From an uncultured Undibacter sp. (GTDB lineage Bacteria > Pseudomonadota > Alphaproteobacteria > Rhizobiales > Xanthobacteraceae): 64,000 nt of DNA. Positions within the stretch are counted from its first letter, which is position 1. Each line of letters opens with the position of its first letter. Below, in pieces: positions 56,673 through 64,000 of the stretch. The DNA lies in contig CAZLWN010000001.1 in assembly GCA_964563195.1 (NCBI GenBank), positions 21,834 through 85,833 of the forward strand, read 5' to 3'. The translations under genes and the position numbers were made by a program. A model generated the notes under the pieces. That model worked only from the letters and a program-made list of their open reading frames with translations. It searched no databases and was not told the DNA's origin.

Positions 56673-57751
56673 TTCCGAATATCCTCAACCGACAACCGTT
56701 CCTCATTCTCGTCGGACGAATACCGGAAAGATTCACGGACCGGTTTCCTCCCGCTCCACTGAAATTTTTTCGCAGGGGCAAAATCAAATTCCGGCGGGCA
56801 AACGACATAGCGGTCCTCGAGTTCGATGGTCGTGCGCGCGTCGGCCTCGGTAATCATCGTTTCGTGCAATTTCTCTCCCGGACGAATACCAGTCACTTCA
56901 TGCGGGCTACCCGGCTGCATGGCTTCGGCTAGATCGGTAATCTTTATACTTGGTATTTTTGGCACAAACAGTTCGCCGCCCGCCATCAAAGGCAAGCACG
57001 ACAGCACAAAGGATACACCTTGATCGATCGTGATCCAAAACCGCGTCATGCGCGGATCGGTAATCGGTAATCGTTCGACGCCTTCGTCGATAAGCCTACG
57101 AAAGAACGGCACTACGCTGCCGCGCGAGCCCATTACGTTGCCGTAGCGCACCACCGAAAATCGACAGCCATTAGTTCCGCTCAAATTGTTCGCTGCGATA
57201 AAAATCTTGTCTGACGCGAGCTTGCTGGCGCCGTAGAGATTAATCGGCGCTGATGCCTTGTCAGTAGAAATCGCGATGACTTTTTGTACTCCTACCCGGA
57301 TGGCCGAGCGGACAACATTTTCCGCGCCGAGCACATTAGTGTGGATGCACTCGAACGGATTGTATTCGGCCGCCGGCACGTGCTTGAGTGCGGCAGCGTG
57401 GATCACGGTATCAACGCCACTCATGGCCATTTCCAGACGCTCGCGATCGCGCACGTCGCCGAGAAAGAAACGCAGACGCTTCAAGTCGTCGGGCTGTCGG
57501 CGGAAGCTTGATTCCATCTCGTATTGCTTCAATTCGTCGCGCGAGAAGACGACGATACGTCGCACCGAGCTGCCTTTGAGCACGGCGCGTATAAACGCTG
57601 TTCCGAACGAACCAGATGCTCCAGTGACGAGTATTGACTGGCCGTTCAGCGAAGCGGGATCGCCGCCGAAATCTCGTTGCAACGATTGCACGATCAAATC
57701 CTTGGTGAATTTGAGCGAGATGGGTAGAGGCAAAGGTAGTAGGGTTGGCAC
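56654..57751 (-). CDS. pseB: UDP-N-acetylglucosamine 4,6-dehydratase (inverting), CapD/FlaA1 type
   Basis: SILVTGASGSFG, YGASKLASDK, 5-epimerase-type C-terminus. No in-frame ATG near the 5' end. The GTG at 57691, preceded by AAGGA, is a likelier start than the GTG at 57751. Confidence 0.85.
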   Translation of the reverse strand: MPTLLPLPLPISLKFTKDLIVQSLQRDFGGDPASLNGQSILVTGASGSFGTAFIRAVLKGSSVRRIVVFSRDELKQYEMESSFRRQPDDLKRLRFFLGDVRDRERLEMAMSGVDTVIHAAALKHVPAAEYNPFECIHTNVLGAENVVRSAIRVGVQKVIAISTDKASAPINLYGASKLASDKIFIAANNLSGTNGCRFSVVRYGNVMGSRGSVVPFFRRLIDEGVERLPITDPRMTRFWITIDQGVSFVLSCLPLMAGGELFVPKIPSIKITDLAEAMQPGSPHEVTGIRPGEKLHETMITEADARTTIELEDRYVVCPPEFDFAPAKKFQWSGRKPVRESFRYSSDENEERLSVEDIRKWLARL

Positions 57752-57756
57752 ATCCC

Positions 57757-57768
57757 CATGCTACCGCA
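57757..57768 (-). promoter_or_regulatory. ops-like element TGCGGTAGCATG (compare E. coli ops GGCGGTAGnnTG)
   Basis: Read on the coding (minus) strand. It lies in the 82-nt gap between the NusG-paralog stop and pseB. Confidence 0.4.
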
Positions 57769-57833
57769 CTCCGGGTGAATCAGCGTCAATTAGACGCCCC
57801 AGGGACATGACCAGTTAGTACGGCAACACGACG

Positions 57834-58349
57834 CTAGGCGGCGGCGATGCTGTCCGTCTCGAGAAACACGCGGACTTTTCGTCCTAGAAGATCCAGGAGG
57901 ATCGATACGCGCTCCTCGCTCGTTGCGCCTTCAAACAGACCGAAGCAATCTGAGAGTGCGCCGTCTAGAACTCTAACTTTGTCGCCGCGAGAGAAACGCG
58001 GACTCTGGTCGACGCGAACAAAGCCCTTTTCATCTTCATTCCGCCGGATCTGCCCGATGATTCGGTCGGATACGATGGCCGGATGTTCGCCATTGCAAAC
58101 AAGCCTCGCGACGCCGATCGTCGAATTTACCGACCGCCAGCGCTGACTGGCGACGTCAACGGCGACAAAGAGATAGCGCGGAAAAAACGGCGAAGCCACT
58201 ATTTCGACACGTCTGGCGTGACGCCGACGTTTCAAATAGCGCGGTAGGTAAACTTGGTATCCCTGACGCTCGAGGTGAAAGCGCGACTTTTCCTCAGCAT
58301 GGGTTTGGGTGTGGATCACATACCAGTGTGCCGCGGGTTCTGCCGTCAT
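57834..58349 (-). CDS. NusG-paralog transcription antiterminator (RfaH-like)
   Basis: WYVIHTQTHAEEKSRFHLERQGYQVYLP (NGN domain), GDKVRVLDGALSDCFGLFEG (KOW), 171 aa. Confidence 0.8.
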   Translation of the reverse strand: MTAEPAAHWYVIHTQTHAEEKSRFHLERQGYQVYLPRYLKRRRHARRVEIVASPFFPRYLFVAVDVASQRWRSVNSTIGVARLVCNGEHPAIVSDRIIGQIRRNEDEKGFVRVDQSPRFSRGDKVRVLDGALSDCFGLFEGATSEERVSILLDLLGRKVRVFLETDSIAAA

Positions 58350-58355
58350 TGTTTT

Positions 58356-59003
58356 CTACTCCCGGCGCTTAGTAATCCGCACCCGCAGCAACTCGGGTAT
58401 CAATACACGATTGGCGCCAAATTTTTCGATCAGCGCGGTTGTCGTTTCACGCGAGGCGATGAGATCCGTGACTACAACGCCGTCAAAGTCCCGACTGACG
58501 TTCTGGAATGATTGAACGACAGGCAGATCCATGAAGCGCCCCTCGTCCACATTCGGGTCGACCACGGCGACAATCTCGACTTCGCTTTCAAGCACGCAAA
58601 TAGCGGCAATTTCCGCGAGATCGGATTTACCTACCAATACGATACGATTGAGACCCATATCGGCAGCTGAACGAAACAGGGCATTACAATCTGCCTTGGC
58701 TTGCCGGAAAAATCCGAACGAATAGGACAGATACTCGACTGTCAGTCGAGATTTTTCGGCAAATCCCTGTGGCGTCAGGTAGTAGGCGTAGCGCCGCGGC
58801 GGTATCTCGCTGACCTTGACCAATCCCTTTTTGATGCAACTCTTGAGGTAGGCATTAACGAGACCCAGAGCGATTCCGAGTTCGGACGCTAGACGCCGTT
58901 GCGATTGGTTGCCATCACGTTCCACAGAATCCAACAGCCCAAGGATAATACGGCTGTTGTCCAACTCTTCACCGTGCAGCATATTTGGCGCACCACCCTT
59001 CAC
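58356..59003 (-). CDS. Winged-helix (MarR-like) EPS-associated transcriptional regulator with a C-terminal Rossmann-like domain
   Basis: QRRLASELGIALGLVNAYLKSCIKKGLVKV...YYLTPQGFAEK, then NRIVLVGKSDLAEIAAI. Confidence 0.7.
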   Translation of the reverse strand: MKGGAPNMLHGEELDNSRIILGLLDSVERDGNQSQRRLASELGIALGLVNAYLKSCIKKGLVKVSEIPPRRYAYYLTPQGFAEKSRLTVEYLSYSFGFFRQAKADCNALFRSAADMGLNRIVLVGKSDLAEIAAICVLESEVEIVAVVDPNVDEGRFMDLPVVQSFQNVSRDFDGVVVTDLIASRETTTALIEKFGANRVLIPELLRVRITKRRE

Positions 59004-59018
59004 CTAAGCCGCTTGTAC

Positions 59019-59039
59019 GACGTTCATAGAGTGAACGTC
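59019..59039. promoter_or_regulatory. Palindrome GACGTTCA-N5-TGAACGTC upstream of the regulator gene (operator candidate)
   Basis: Perfect 8-bp arms read from the sequence, 16 nt upstream of the MarR-like start. Confidence 0.35.
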
Positions 59040-59048
59040 AAGAAGTTT

Positions 59049-59067
59049 GTTCACCGTTTGAACGGTG
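59049..59067. promoter_or_regulatory. Second GTTCA-N5-TGAAC half-site pair, overlapping CACCGTT-TG-AACGGTG
   Basis: Read from the sequence. Its centre is 27 bp from the first palindrome. Confidence 0.3.
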
Positions 59068-59092
59068 TTAACCCCTTAGAATAACGGTATTA

Positions 59093-59197
59093 TTAACTCT
59101 GGCCTATGTCGCTAGAGCATGATGCGCCGAGAAGCTCACCAATTGCGGTCCAGATGGTTTCGACGGTTCGCATTGCGGCCTTGCGCAACAGGCGCTT
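59093..59197 (-). mobile_element. IS630-family transposase C-terminal fragment (remnant)
   Basis: Own translation: KRLLRKAAMRTVETIWTAIGELLGAS..., which matches the conserved IS630 C-terminus (LRKAAeRTve.LW.AIG.LL). Confidence 0.5.
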
Positions 59198-59202
59198 GGG
59201 TT

Positions 59203-59294
59203 ATGCCAAGAATAGCTTCAGTGCGTAGCAGATTGTGACGTTGCTTCGTCAGATTGAAGCGTCGATGGCACAGGGAAAATCGGCGCCGGTGGCC
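59203..59294 (+). mobile_element. IS3-family OrfA N-terminal fragment with frameshift and premature stop (remnant)
   Basis: ATGCCAAGAATAGCTTCAGTGCGTAGCAGATTGTG... After a 1-nt correction it reads MPKNSFSA*QIVTLLRQIEASMAQGKSAPVA, parallel to the fragment at 46437-46565. Confidence 0.6.
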
Positions 59295-59502
59295 TCCACA
59301 TCACCCGTCGTGATGACGCATCCGGCGCCTTCAGTCCCCACGCGGGAGCCACGCTTGGTCGCAGTCCCTCGATCAGTCGCAGAATCTCCTCGAACAATTC
59401 CTTCGGTGCCTCGCGTTTGACCTCCGCGCAAGCCGGAAAAGCGCTAATATTTTCCCCGTTTGGGAATAATCTGTGGAATCCCGGCCAAAAGGAATTTGCC
59501 CT

Positions 59503-60414
59503 ATGAAGAGAACGATGATCGCTCACATTGGGCTTCCTAAAGCGGCCTCGACGACGATTCAGAAGCACTTCTTCCCCGACCATCCTGAGATCGAGTTTCT
59601 AGGTTTGCCATTTAAGAGCGCCGTTTTTGAGGAAATTCGCAATCGAATGGTTTATATGGACGGCTTGAGCTACGATATAAAGAAAGAATACGAAAAATTC
59701 ACAACTGAGTTGAATCGCATCCCATCGGAAAAAAAGATATTCGTGTGGTCCGATGAAGCACTATCGTGGACCCGCGGCGCAGATAGAATATTGATGTGCG
59801 ACAGGGTCAAAGATGTCGTCGGCGCGCAAAAAATAATAATGATAATTCGGGAGCAGATTTCATCAATCTATTCTCATCATGCGATGGATGCGTTCAAGAG
59901 CTACGAAACCCTTAAGGAAAAAGGGAATATCAATGCGTGGATTGAGGCGGCTCAACCGTTCAAGAACCGAGGCTTCCATCATCTTCTATATTTCAGCTTA
60001 ATTGATCTGTATGTCGATAAATTTGGTCGCGAAAACGTCGGCGTCTTTTTCTTTGAAGATCTGCAAACGAATCCAAGAAATTTTTATTCGGCAATTTCAA
60101 AGTTCATGGGCCTCACGCATAGCGTCAAGGACCTCGGGTCTCGGAACCCTTCAGAAAATGTACGCCGGGCATCGAGGCGAATCCAGCAATGGGCTAAACT
60201 TAAAAATCGGTACTTTCCATCCTTGAAGCTCACCAGGGTAATGCCCGGACCAATGCGTGAAGTGGCACTGCGTTTCATGGAATCCGGTCAGCGTGCGAAC
60301 ATCGTAATTGACGAAGAGCGAATGGAGATCTTACGAGAATTTTTTGCAGAAAATAATAGGAAGTTGCAGGATAAATTTGGGCTCCCGCTAAGTGAAAAGG
60401 GATATGTAGTCTGA
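59503..60414 (+). CDS. Sulfotransferase family protein
   Basis: MIAHIGLPKAASTTIQKHFF (PAPS 5'-phosphosulfate-binding loop, compare hIGlpKTGTT). AT-richer. The ATG at 59503 is preceded by AAGGA. Confidence 0.7.
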   Translation: MKRTMIAHIGLPKAASTTIQKHFFPDHPEIEFLGLPFKSAVFEEIRNRMVYMDGLSYDIKKEYEKFTTELNRIPSEKKIFVWSDEALSWTRGADRILMCDRVKDVVGAQKIIMIIREQISSIYSHHAMDAFKSYETLKEKGNINAWIEAAQPFKNRGFHHLLYFSLIDLYVDKFGRENVGVFFFEDLQTNPRNFYSAISKFMGLTHSVKDLGSRNPSENVRRASRRIQQWAKLKNRYFPSLKLTRVMPGPMREVALRFMESGQRANIVIDEERMEILREFFAENNRKLQDKFGLPLSEKGYVV

Positions 60415-60706
60415 GTTTGCTGACATGCTGACCTGATCGAGTCAGTCAGTTCGGTGGGCGGGGGGTCATCACTGGCAACATGCCAGTTTCATTTAAGGAT
60501 ACACTGTTAGCCATTAACTCACGTTGCTTCGTACCACTCGATATTCTGACGCATCTAGCTTGCGAAGGCACTACGTTTTTTAAGATCAGGCCGTTGCTGC
60601 CATCGCCGCAAAGCCGGCGGCCGAGCCGGAAAAGAAGGTCGCTTCTCTTTAAGCTATTATTATTGCCAAATTTATCATATCAGTCGGGCGTGATTGAGTT
60701 GGCGTT

Positions 60707-61069
60707 TTGGGGAGCGGAACGATGCCGTCGCTGCTTGGACAGTGGATATCGGAGATGCGCCGCCGCCTCCGTCAGATGCACGGCGAAACTGAGGCGGAGT
60801 GGCCCGCAGTACCACCAAGTGTACTCCTCAACCCGAGTGACGCGGATTTCGTCGCATATAGGCATGCCGCCCTTGCTTTGACTTGGCGGCGCGCTGGCGA
60901 TGACGACACCACCGGATGGCAAACAAAGGTGCGGACCAAACTGCGTGAACTCTTGGGAATCGCTTCCGGCCACTCACCGACTGATCGGGCACCGATTACT
61001 GGCGCGCGACTTGATCGAGAAATTCGAACCCTCGCAAGCGCGCGCAACGTGACCATGAGGGCAACTTGA
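60707..61069 (+). CDS. Hypothetical protein (doubtful)
   Basis: GC-rich 120-aa ORF. Its TGA overlaps the TTG start of the next gene. No motif recognised. Confidence 0.25.
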   Translation: MGSGTMPSLLGQWISEMRRRLRQMHGETEAEWPAVPPSVLLNPSDADFVAYRHAALALTWRRAGDDDTTGWQTKVRTKLRELLGIASGHSPTDRAPITGARLDREIRTLASARNVTMRAT

Positions 61070-62097
61070 TTGCTATTTCGGAATGGCTGCCCCTATGGGC
61101 TCAGTTCAGCGCGATCGTCGTTGCCAGCGGCGCCCTGGCATACCTGCTCATCATTGCATTGCAGCCGGTATTGAAACGCTACGCGCTGGCGCAGCCAAAC
61201 GCCCGTTCGTCGCATACCGTGCCGACGCCCCAAGGGGGCGGAATCGCCGTCATCGCCTCCACGATCGTCGTCGCCGTATTGGCCGCCATCTTGCTGCCGT
61301 CCTTGAACGTCGACCTCATTCGTCTGGGGCCGTTGCTTGCCATGACTGCCCTTCTCGCGGTCGTCGGCAGCTCCGACGACGTCCGCCCGATGGAAGTATT
61401 GCCGCGACTATTGCTGCAAACCGCGGCCGTGAGCGTCTTGATCTACACCATGCCCGCCGATCTCCGCATCATTCCCGTAATGCCGTGGTGGATCGAGCGC
61501 GTGCTGCTGATCGTCGCAAGCTTGTGGTTCGTGAACCTCGTCAACTTCATGGACGGTGTCGATTGGATGACAGTTGCCGAGGTAGTGCCGCTCACGGCCG
61601 GACTCGCTCTGTTCGGTTTGTGGGGTGCCCTGCCCCCAGGCGCGACACTTGTTGCGCTTGCCCTGTGCGGCGCTACGATCGGCTTCGCCCCGTTTAATCG
61701 TCCTGTCGCGCGCCTTTTCCTCGGCGACGTCGGCAGTCTGCCGATCGGCTTGCTGCTGGGCTGGCTGCTCGCCGCGTTCGCCGGCGCCGGGCATGTCACG
61801 GCGGCTTTGCTGCTGCCGCTCTACTACCTGGCCGATGCGACCGTGACACTCATACGCCGACTCGTGAATAACGAGACTATCTTACAGGCACATCGCAGCC
61901 ACTACTATCAGCGGGCGATTGACAATGGCTTCGGAGTCCCACAGGTGGTTACTCGTGTCTTTTCGTTGAATGTCGCATTGATAGTGCTCGCGACAACGAC
62001 GTTACTGGTTCCATCACATATATTCCACGCCGCGGTTCTTATGGTCGGCTGCGCGTTAGTGGCCTCGTTGCTGCGCAGTTTCGCGCGCCCGCCGTGA
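61066..62097 (+). CDS. Polyprenyl-phosphate N-acetylhexosamine-1-phosphate transferase (MraY/WecA/WbpL family)
   Basis: About 10 TM spans, FVNLVNFMDGVDWM (NxxNxxDGxDG) and FLGDVGSLPIG. TTG start. Confidence 0.85.
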   Translation: MIAISEWLPLWAQFSAIVVASGALAYLLIIALQPVLKRYALAQPNARSSHTVPTPQGGGIAVIASTIVVAVLAAILLPSLNVDLIRLGPLLAMTALLAVVGSSDDVRPMEVLPRLLLQTAAVSVLIYTMPADLRIIPVMPWWIERVLLIVASLWFVNLVNFMDGVDWMTVAEVVPLTAGLALFGLWGALPPGATLVALALCGATIGFAPFNRPVARLFLGDVGSLPIGLLLGWLLAAFAGAGHVTAALLLPLYYLADATVTLIRRLVNNETILQAHRSHYYQRAIDNGFGVPQVVTRVFSLNVALIVLATTTLLVPSHIFHAAVLMVGCALVASLLRSFARPP

Positions 62098-62511
62098 CGG
62101 CCGTTAGCGAAATACAAAATACAAATTCGAGGAGAACGGCCTGAGCAGCTCGGTATAGCCGACAGATGCATTTCTATCCATGACGGGGGCGGCAGGCCGG
62201 CAAAGTCGTTTGCACGTCAATTTTATTGAGCACCGCTCAACCAGTGCAAAGGGGAATTTTCAGCCGGAAATCAATAGAAACGTCCAAGAAAATGTAATTA
62301 TTAGTTAAGAAACCGCTATTTAATACTTCGCTGCAATATTCAACGTCGTGATGTGGGTCTCCTTTCCGGAAGCCGTCTCCTTGATCGACGCAGACCACGA
62401 ATTCGAACGCGCGACGACTGATATCTTCGATGATTTCCGAGATGTCCGTGCACATCGCGCTAACGGCGATGATTTGTACCCCCAAGCGAATCCTCTGATG
62501 GGCGGGATGCA

Positions 62512-64000
62512 ATGACCAAACCAGTCGGGACAATCGCGCAACTTGCCGATTACCTGATAAACGGGTTCTGGCAATACGAAGGCACAATTGCCCATCACTG
62601 GGCCACCAACACAATCACATACAATATTAGTGGGCTGACCGCGGCGGAACAGTTTCTTGCGCAATCCGCCCTCAATGCGTGGCACGAAGTCGCCAATATA
62701 AATTTCGTTCAGACGACCGGCTCGGCGAACATCACGTTTAATCATAACGGGTCAATGACCGCCTATGAGACCGACAGCTATAACGGGTCAGGGGCCCTGA
62801 GTTCCGCAACCATCGACATCAGTTCGGATTGGGTTACGACGGACGGCGGTGCATACGACGGCAAGACGGGAATCGATAGTTACGCATACCAGACTTACAT
62901 CCATGAGATCGGTCACGCACTCGGGCTCGGGCACCAGGGACCGTATAATGGCAGCGCCAGCTACGTGAGCAGCGCGCTTTATGCTGATGACACTTGGCAA
63001 TATTCGATTATGTCGTACTTCGCCCAGCCGAATTACGACGGCGGGTCCTATCGCTATGCCATCACGCCGCAGATGGCAGATATCTATGCAGTGGCCGAGA
63101 TCTACGGTGCGCAGACCACGACCCGAACAGGCGATACGACATATGGTTTCAATAATAACGCCGGCTCGATATTTGACTTTACCGCTTACACGAAGGCTCC
63201 TGCTCTTACCATTTATGACAGTGGCGGCAACGACACGATCGACTGCTCTGGCTACAGCAACGCTCAGGCCATCGATCTCCACTCGGGCGCATTTTCCTCG
63301 GTCGGCGGCCTAGTCCACAATATCGGCATCGCGACCAACACGACGATTGAAAACGCAATCGGAGGCAGCGGCAACGATACGCTGATCGCAAACGATTCCG
63401 GCTGTACGCTTGACGGCCGCGGCGGCAGAGACGTGTTGACAGGAGGCGCGGGCGGCGACCGCCTCATTGGCGGAACCGGCGTCGACACGATAACCGGCAA
63501 TGGCGGCGCCGATACCTTTGCGTTTTCGACCGGCGATAGTTCGGCCGCGGCCGGCGCGCACGACCTGATTACCGACTTCACGCCTGGCACCGATCAAATC
63601 GATCTGAGCGGCATCGACGCCGATACCAGCACTTCGGGCATTATTGACGCCTTTTGGTTCCTCGCTACCGCGGCATTCAACGGAATTGCCGGAGCGCTCG
63701 ACTATTTCTTTGATGCGATCCGCGGCGTCACCGTTCTGCAGGGTGACGTCAATGGCGACATGGTTGCTGATTTTTCCATCGATTTGACCGGCAACGAAAG
63801 CCTGACGTCGGTCGATTTTACTTCGGGAAGCCTGCAAACGGTTATGCCGCTGACTTTGACCGGCACCGGGGGTGACGACACGCTCACCGGCGGCAAGCTG
63901 GACGACACGCTGTCAGGGCTTGGCGGCAACGACACGCTGACCGGGGATGCCGGCGACGACTATCTGGACGGCGGCAGCGGCGCCGACAGCATGAGCGGGG
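62512..64000 (+). CDS. Serralysin-family (M10B) zinc metalloprotease with RTX calcium-binding repeats, C-terminus beyond the window
   Basis: Own translation: HEIGHALGLGH (HExxHxxGxxH), YSIMSYF (Met-turn), then GGSGNDTLI, GRGGRDVLT, GGAGGDRLI... and a second block GTGGDDTLTGGKLDDTLSGLGGNDTLTG. The frame stays open to the right edge, so it is absent from the ORF track. Confidence 0.9.
   Translation, partial: MTKPVGTIAQLADYLINGFWQYEGTIAHHWATNTITYNISGLTAAEQFLAQSALNAWHEVANINFVQTTGSANITFNHNGSMTAYETDSYNGSGALSSATIDISSDWVTTDGGAYDGKTGIDSYAYQTYIHEIGHALGLGHQGPYNGSASYVSSALYADDTWQYSIMSYFAQPNYDGGSYRYAITPQMADIYAVAEIYGAQTTTRTGDTTYGFNNNAGSIFDFTAYTKAPALTIYDSGGNDTIDCSGYSNAQAIDLHSGAFSSVGGLVHNIGIATNTTIENAIGGSGNDTLIANDSGCTLDGRGGRDVLTGGAGGDRLIGGTGVDTITGNGGADTFAFSTGDSSAAAGAHDLITDFTPGTDQIDLSGIDADTSTSGIIDAFWFLATAAFNGIAGALDYFFDAIRGVTVLQGDVNGDMVADFSIDLTGNESLTSVDFTSGSLQTVMPLTLTGTGGDDTLTGGKLDDTLSGLGGNDTLTGDAGDDYLDGGSGADSMSG

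Noticed and set aside
59218-59583. A 121-aa minus-strand ORF and a 61-aa plus-strand ORF (59235-59420) between the regulator and the sulfotransferase.
   Set aside because: The region is explained better as IS630 and IS3 debris. The ORFs cross fragment boundaries and overlap the sulfotransferase start.
60415-60706. Possible additional IS remnant or small RNA between the sulfotransferase and the 60707 ORF.
   Set aside because: Translating both strands gave no transposase-like peptide. I saw no convincing stem-loop or repeat either.
1-64000. A search for tRNA, rRNA, CRISPR arrays, toxin-antitoxin or phage-defence genes.
   Set aside because: None of the intergenic gaps is long or structured enough for a tRNA or rRNA. 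There are no direct-repeat arrays and no nuclease, helicase or methylase-restriction type ORFs. Every long ORF is accounted for by glycan, IS or protease functions.

Overview
A 64-kb, mostly GC-rich bacterial segment, probably alphaproteobacterial (inferred only from composition, IS types and a MarR-EPS/NusG-paralog regulator pair). About 55 of roughly 60 genes build, decorate or export a surface glycan (LPS O-antigen or capsule). I saw no rRNA, tRNA, CRISPR or recognisable defence genes.

Layout:
- 1-21.6 kb: a glycosyltransferase, methyltransferase and amidotransferase block. It holds GT4 x4, GT2 x2, two GT-C-like membrane proteins, GDP-fucose synthase, three AsnB paralogs and FkbM methyltransferases.
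- 21.6-46.4 kb: a mosaic block.
  - A KpsS/C-like transferase, a fused transketolase, a DapA/NAL-family aldolase and a CMP-sugar cytidylyltransferase.
  - An FdtA/aminotransferase/NeuD-type acetyltransferase set, rfbA/rfbC/rfbB and two C-methyltransferase-type enzymes.
  - A second NeuB-type synthase, an MsbA/PglK-like ABC exporter, a PIG-L deacetylase and a ComA/ComB (phosphosulfolactate synthase/phosphatase) pair.
- 46.6-59.0 kb: a pseudaminic-acid operon (pseB, pseC, SpsF-like cytidylyltransferase, fused pseG-pseH, ATP-grasp, pseI). A MarR-EPS-type regulator and a NusG/RfaH paralog lie upstream. An ops-like motif sits exactly between the NusG paralog and pseB.
- 59.1-62.1 kb: IS debris, an AT-richer sulfotransferase and a WecA/WbpL-type initiating transferase.
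- 62.5 kb to the end: a partial serralysin-type RTX metalloprotease.

Degenerate IS fragments (IS5-like, IS3-like x2, IS630-like) mark the module junctions.

The most unusual content:
- The sulfolactate genes inside a glycan operon.
- The transketolase/aldolase/cytidylyltransferase/KpsS-like set, which looks like an undescribed route to a CMP-activated ulosonic acid.
- The ops-like/NusG-paralog arrangement.

All functional calls rest on reading motifs in the supplied or self-made translations. No database search was run.
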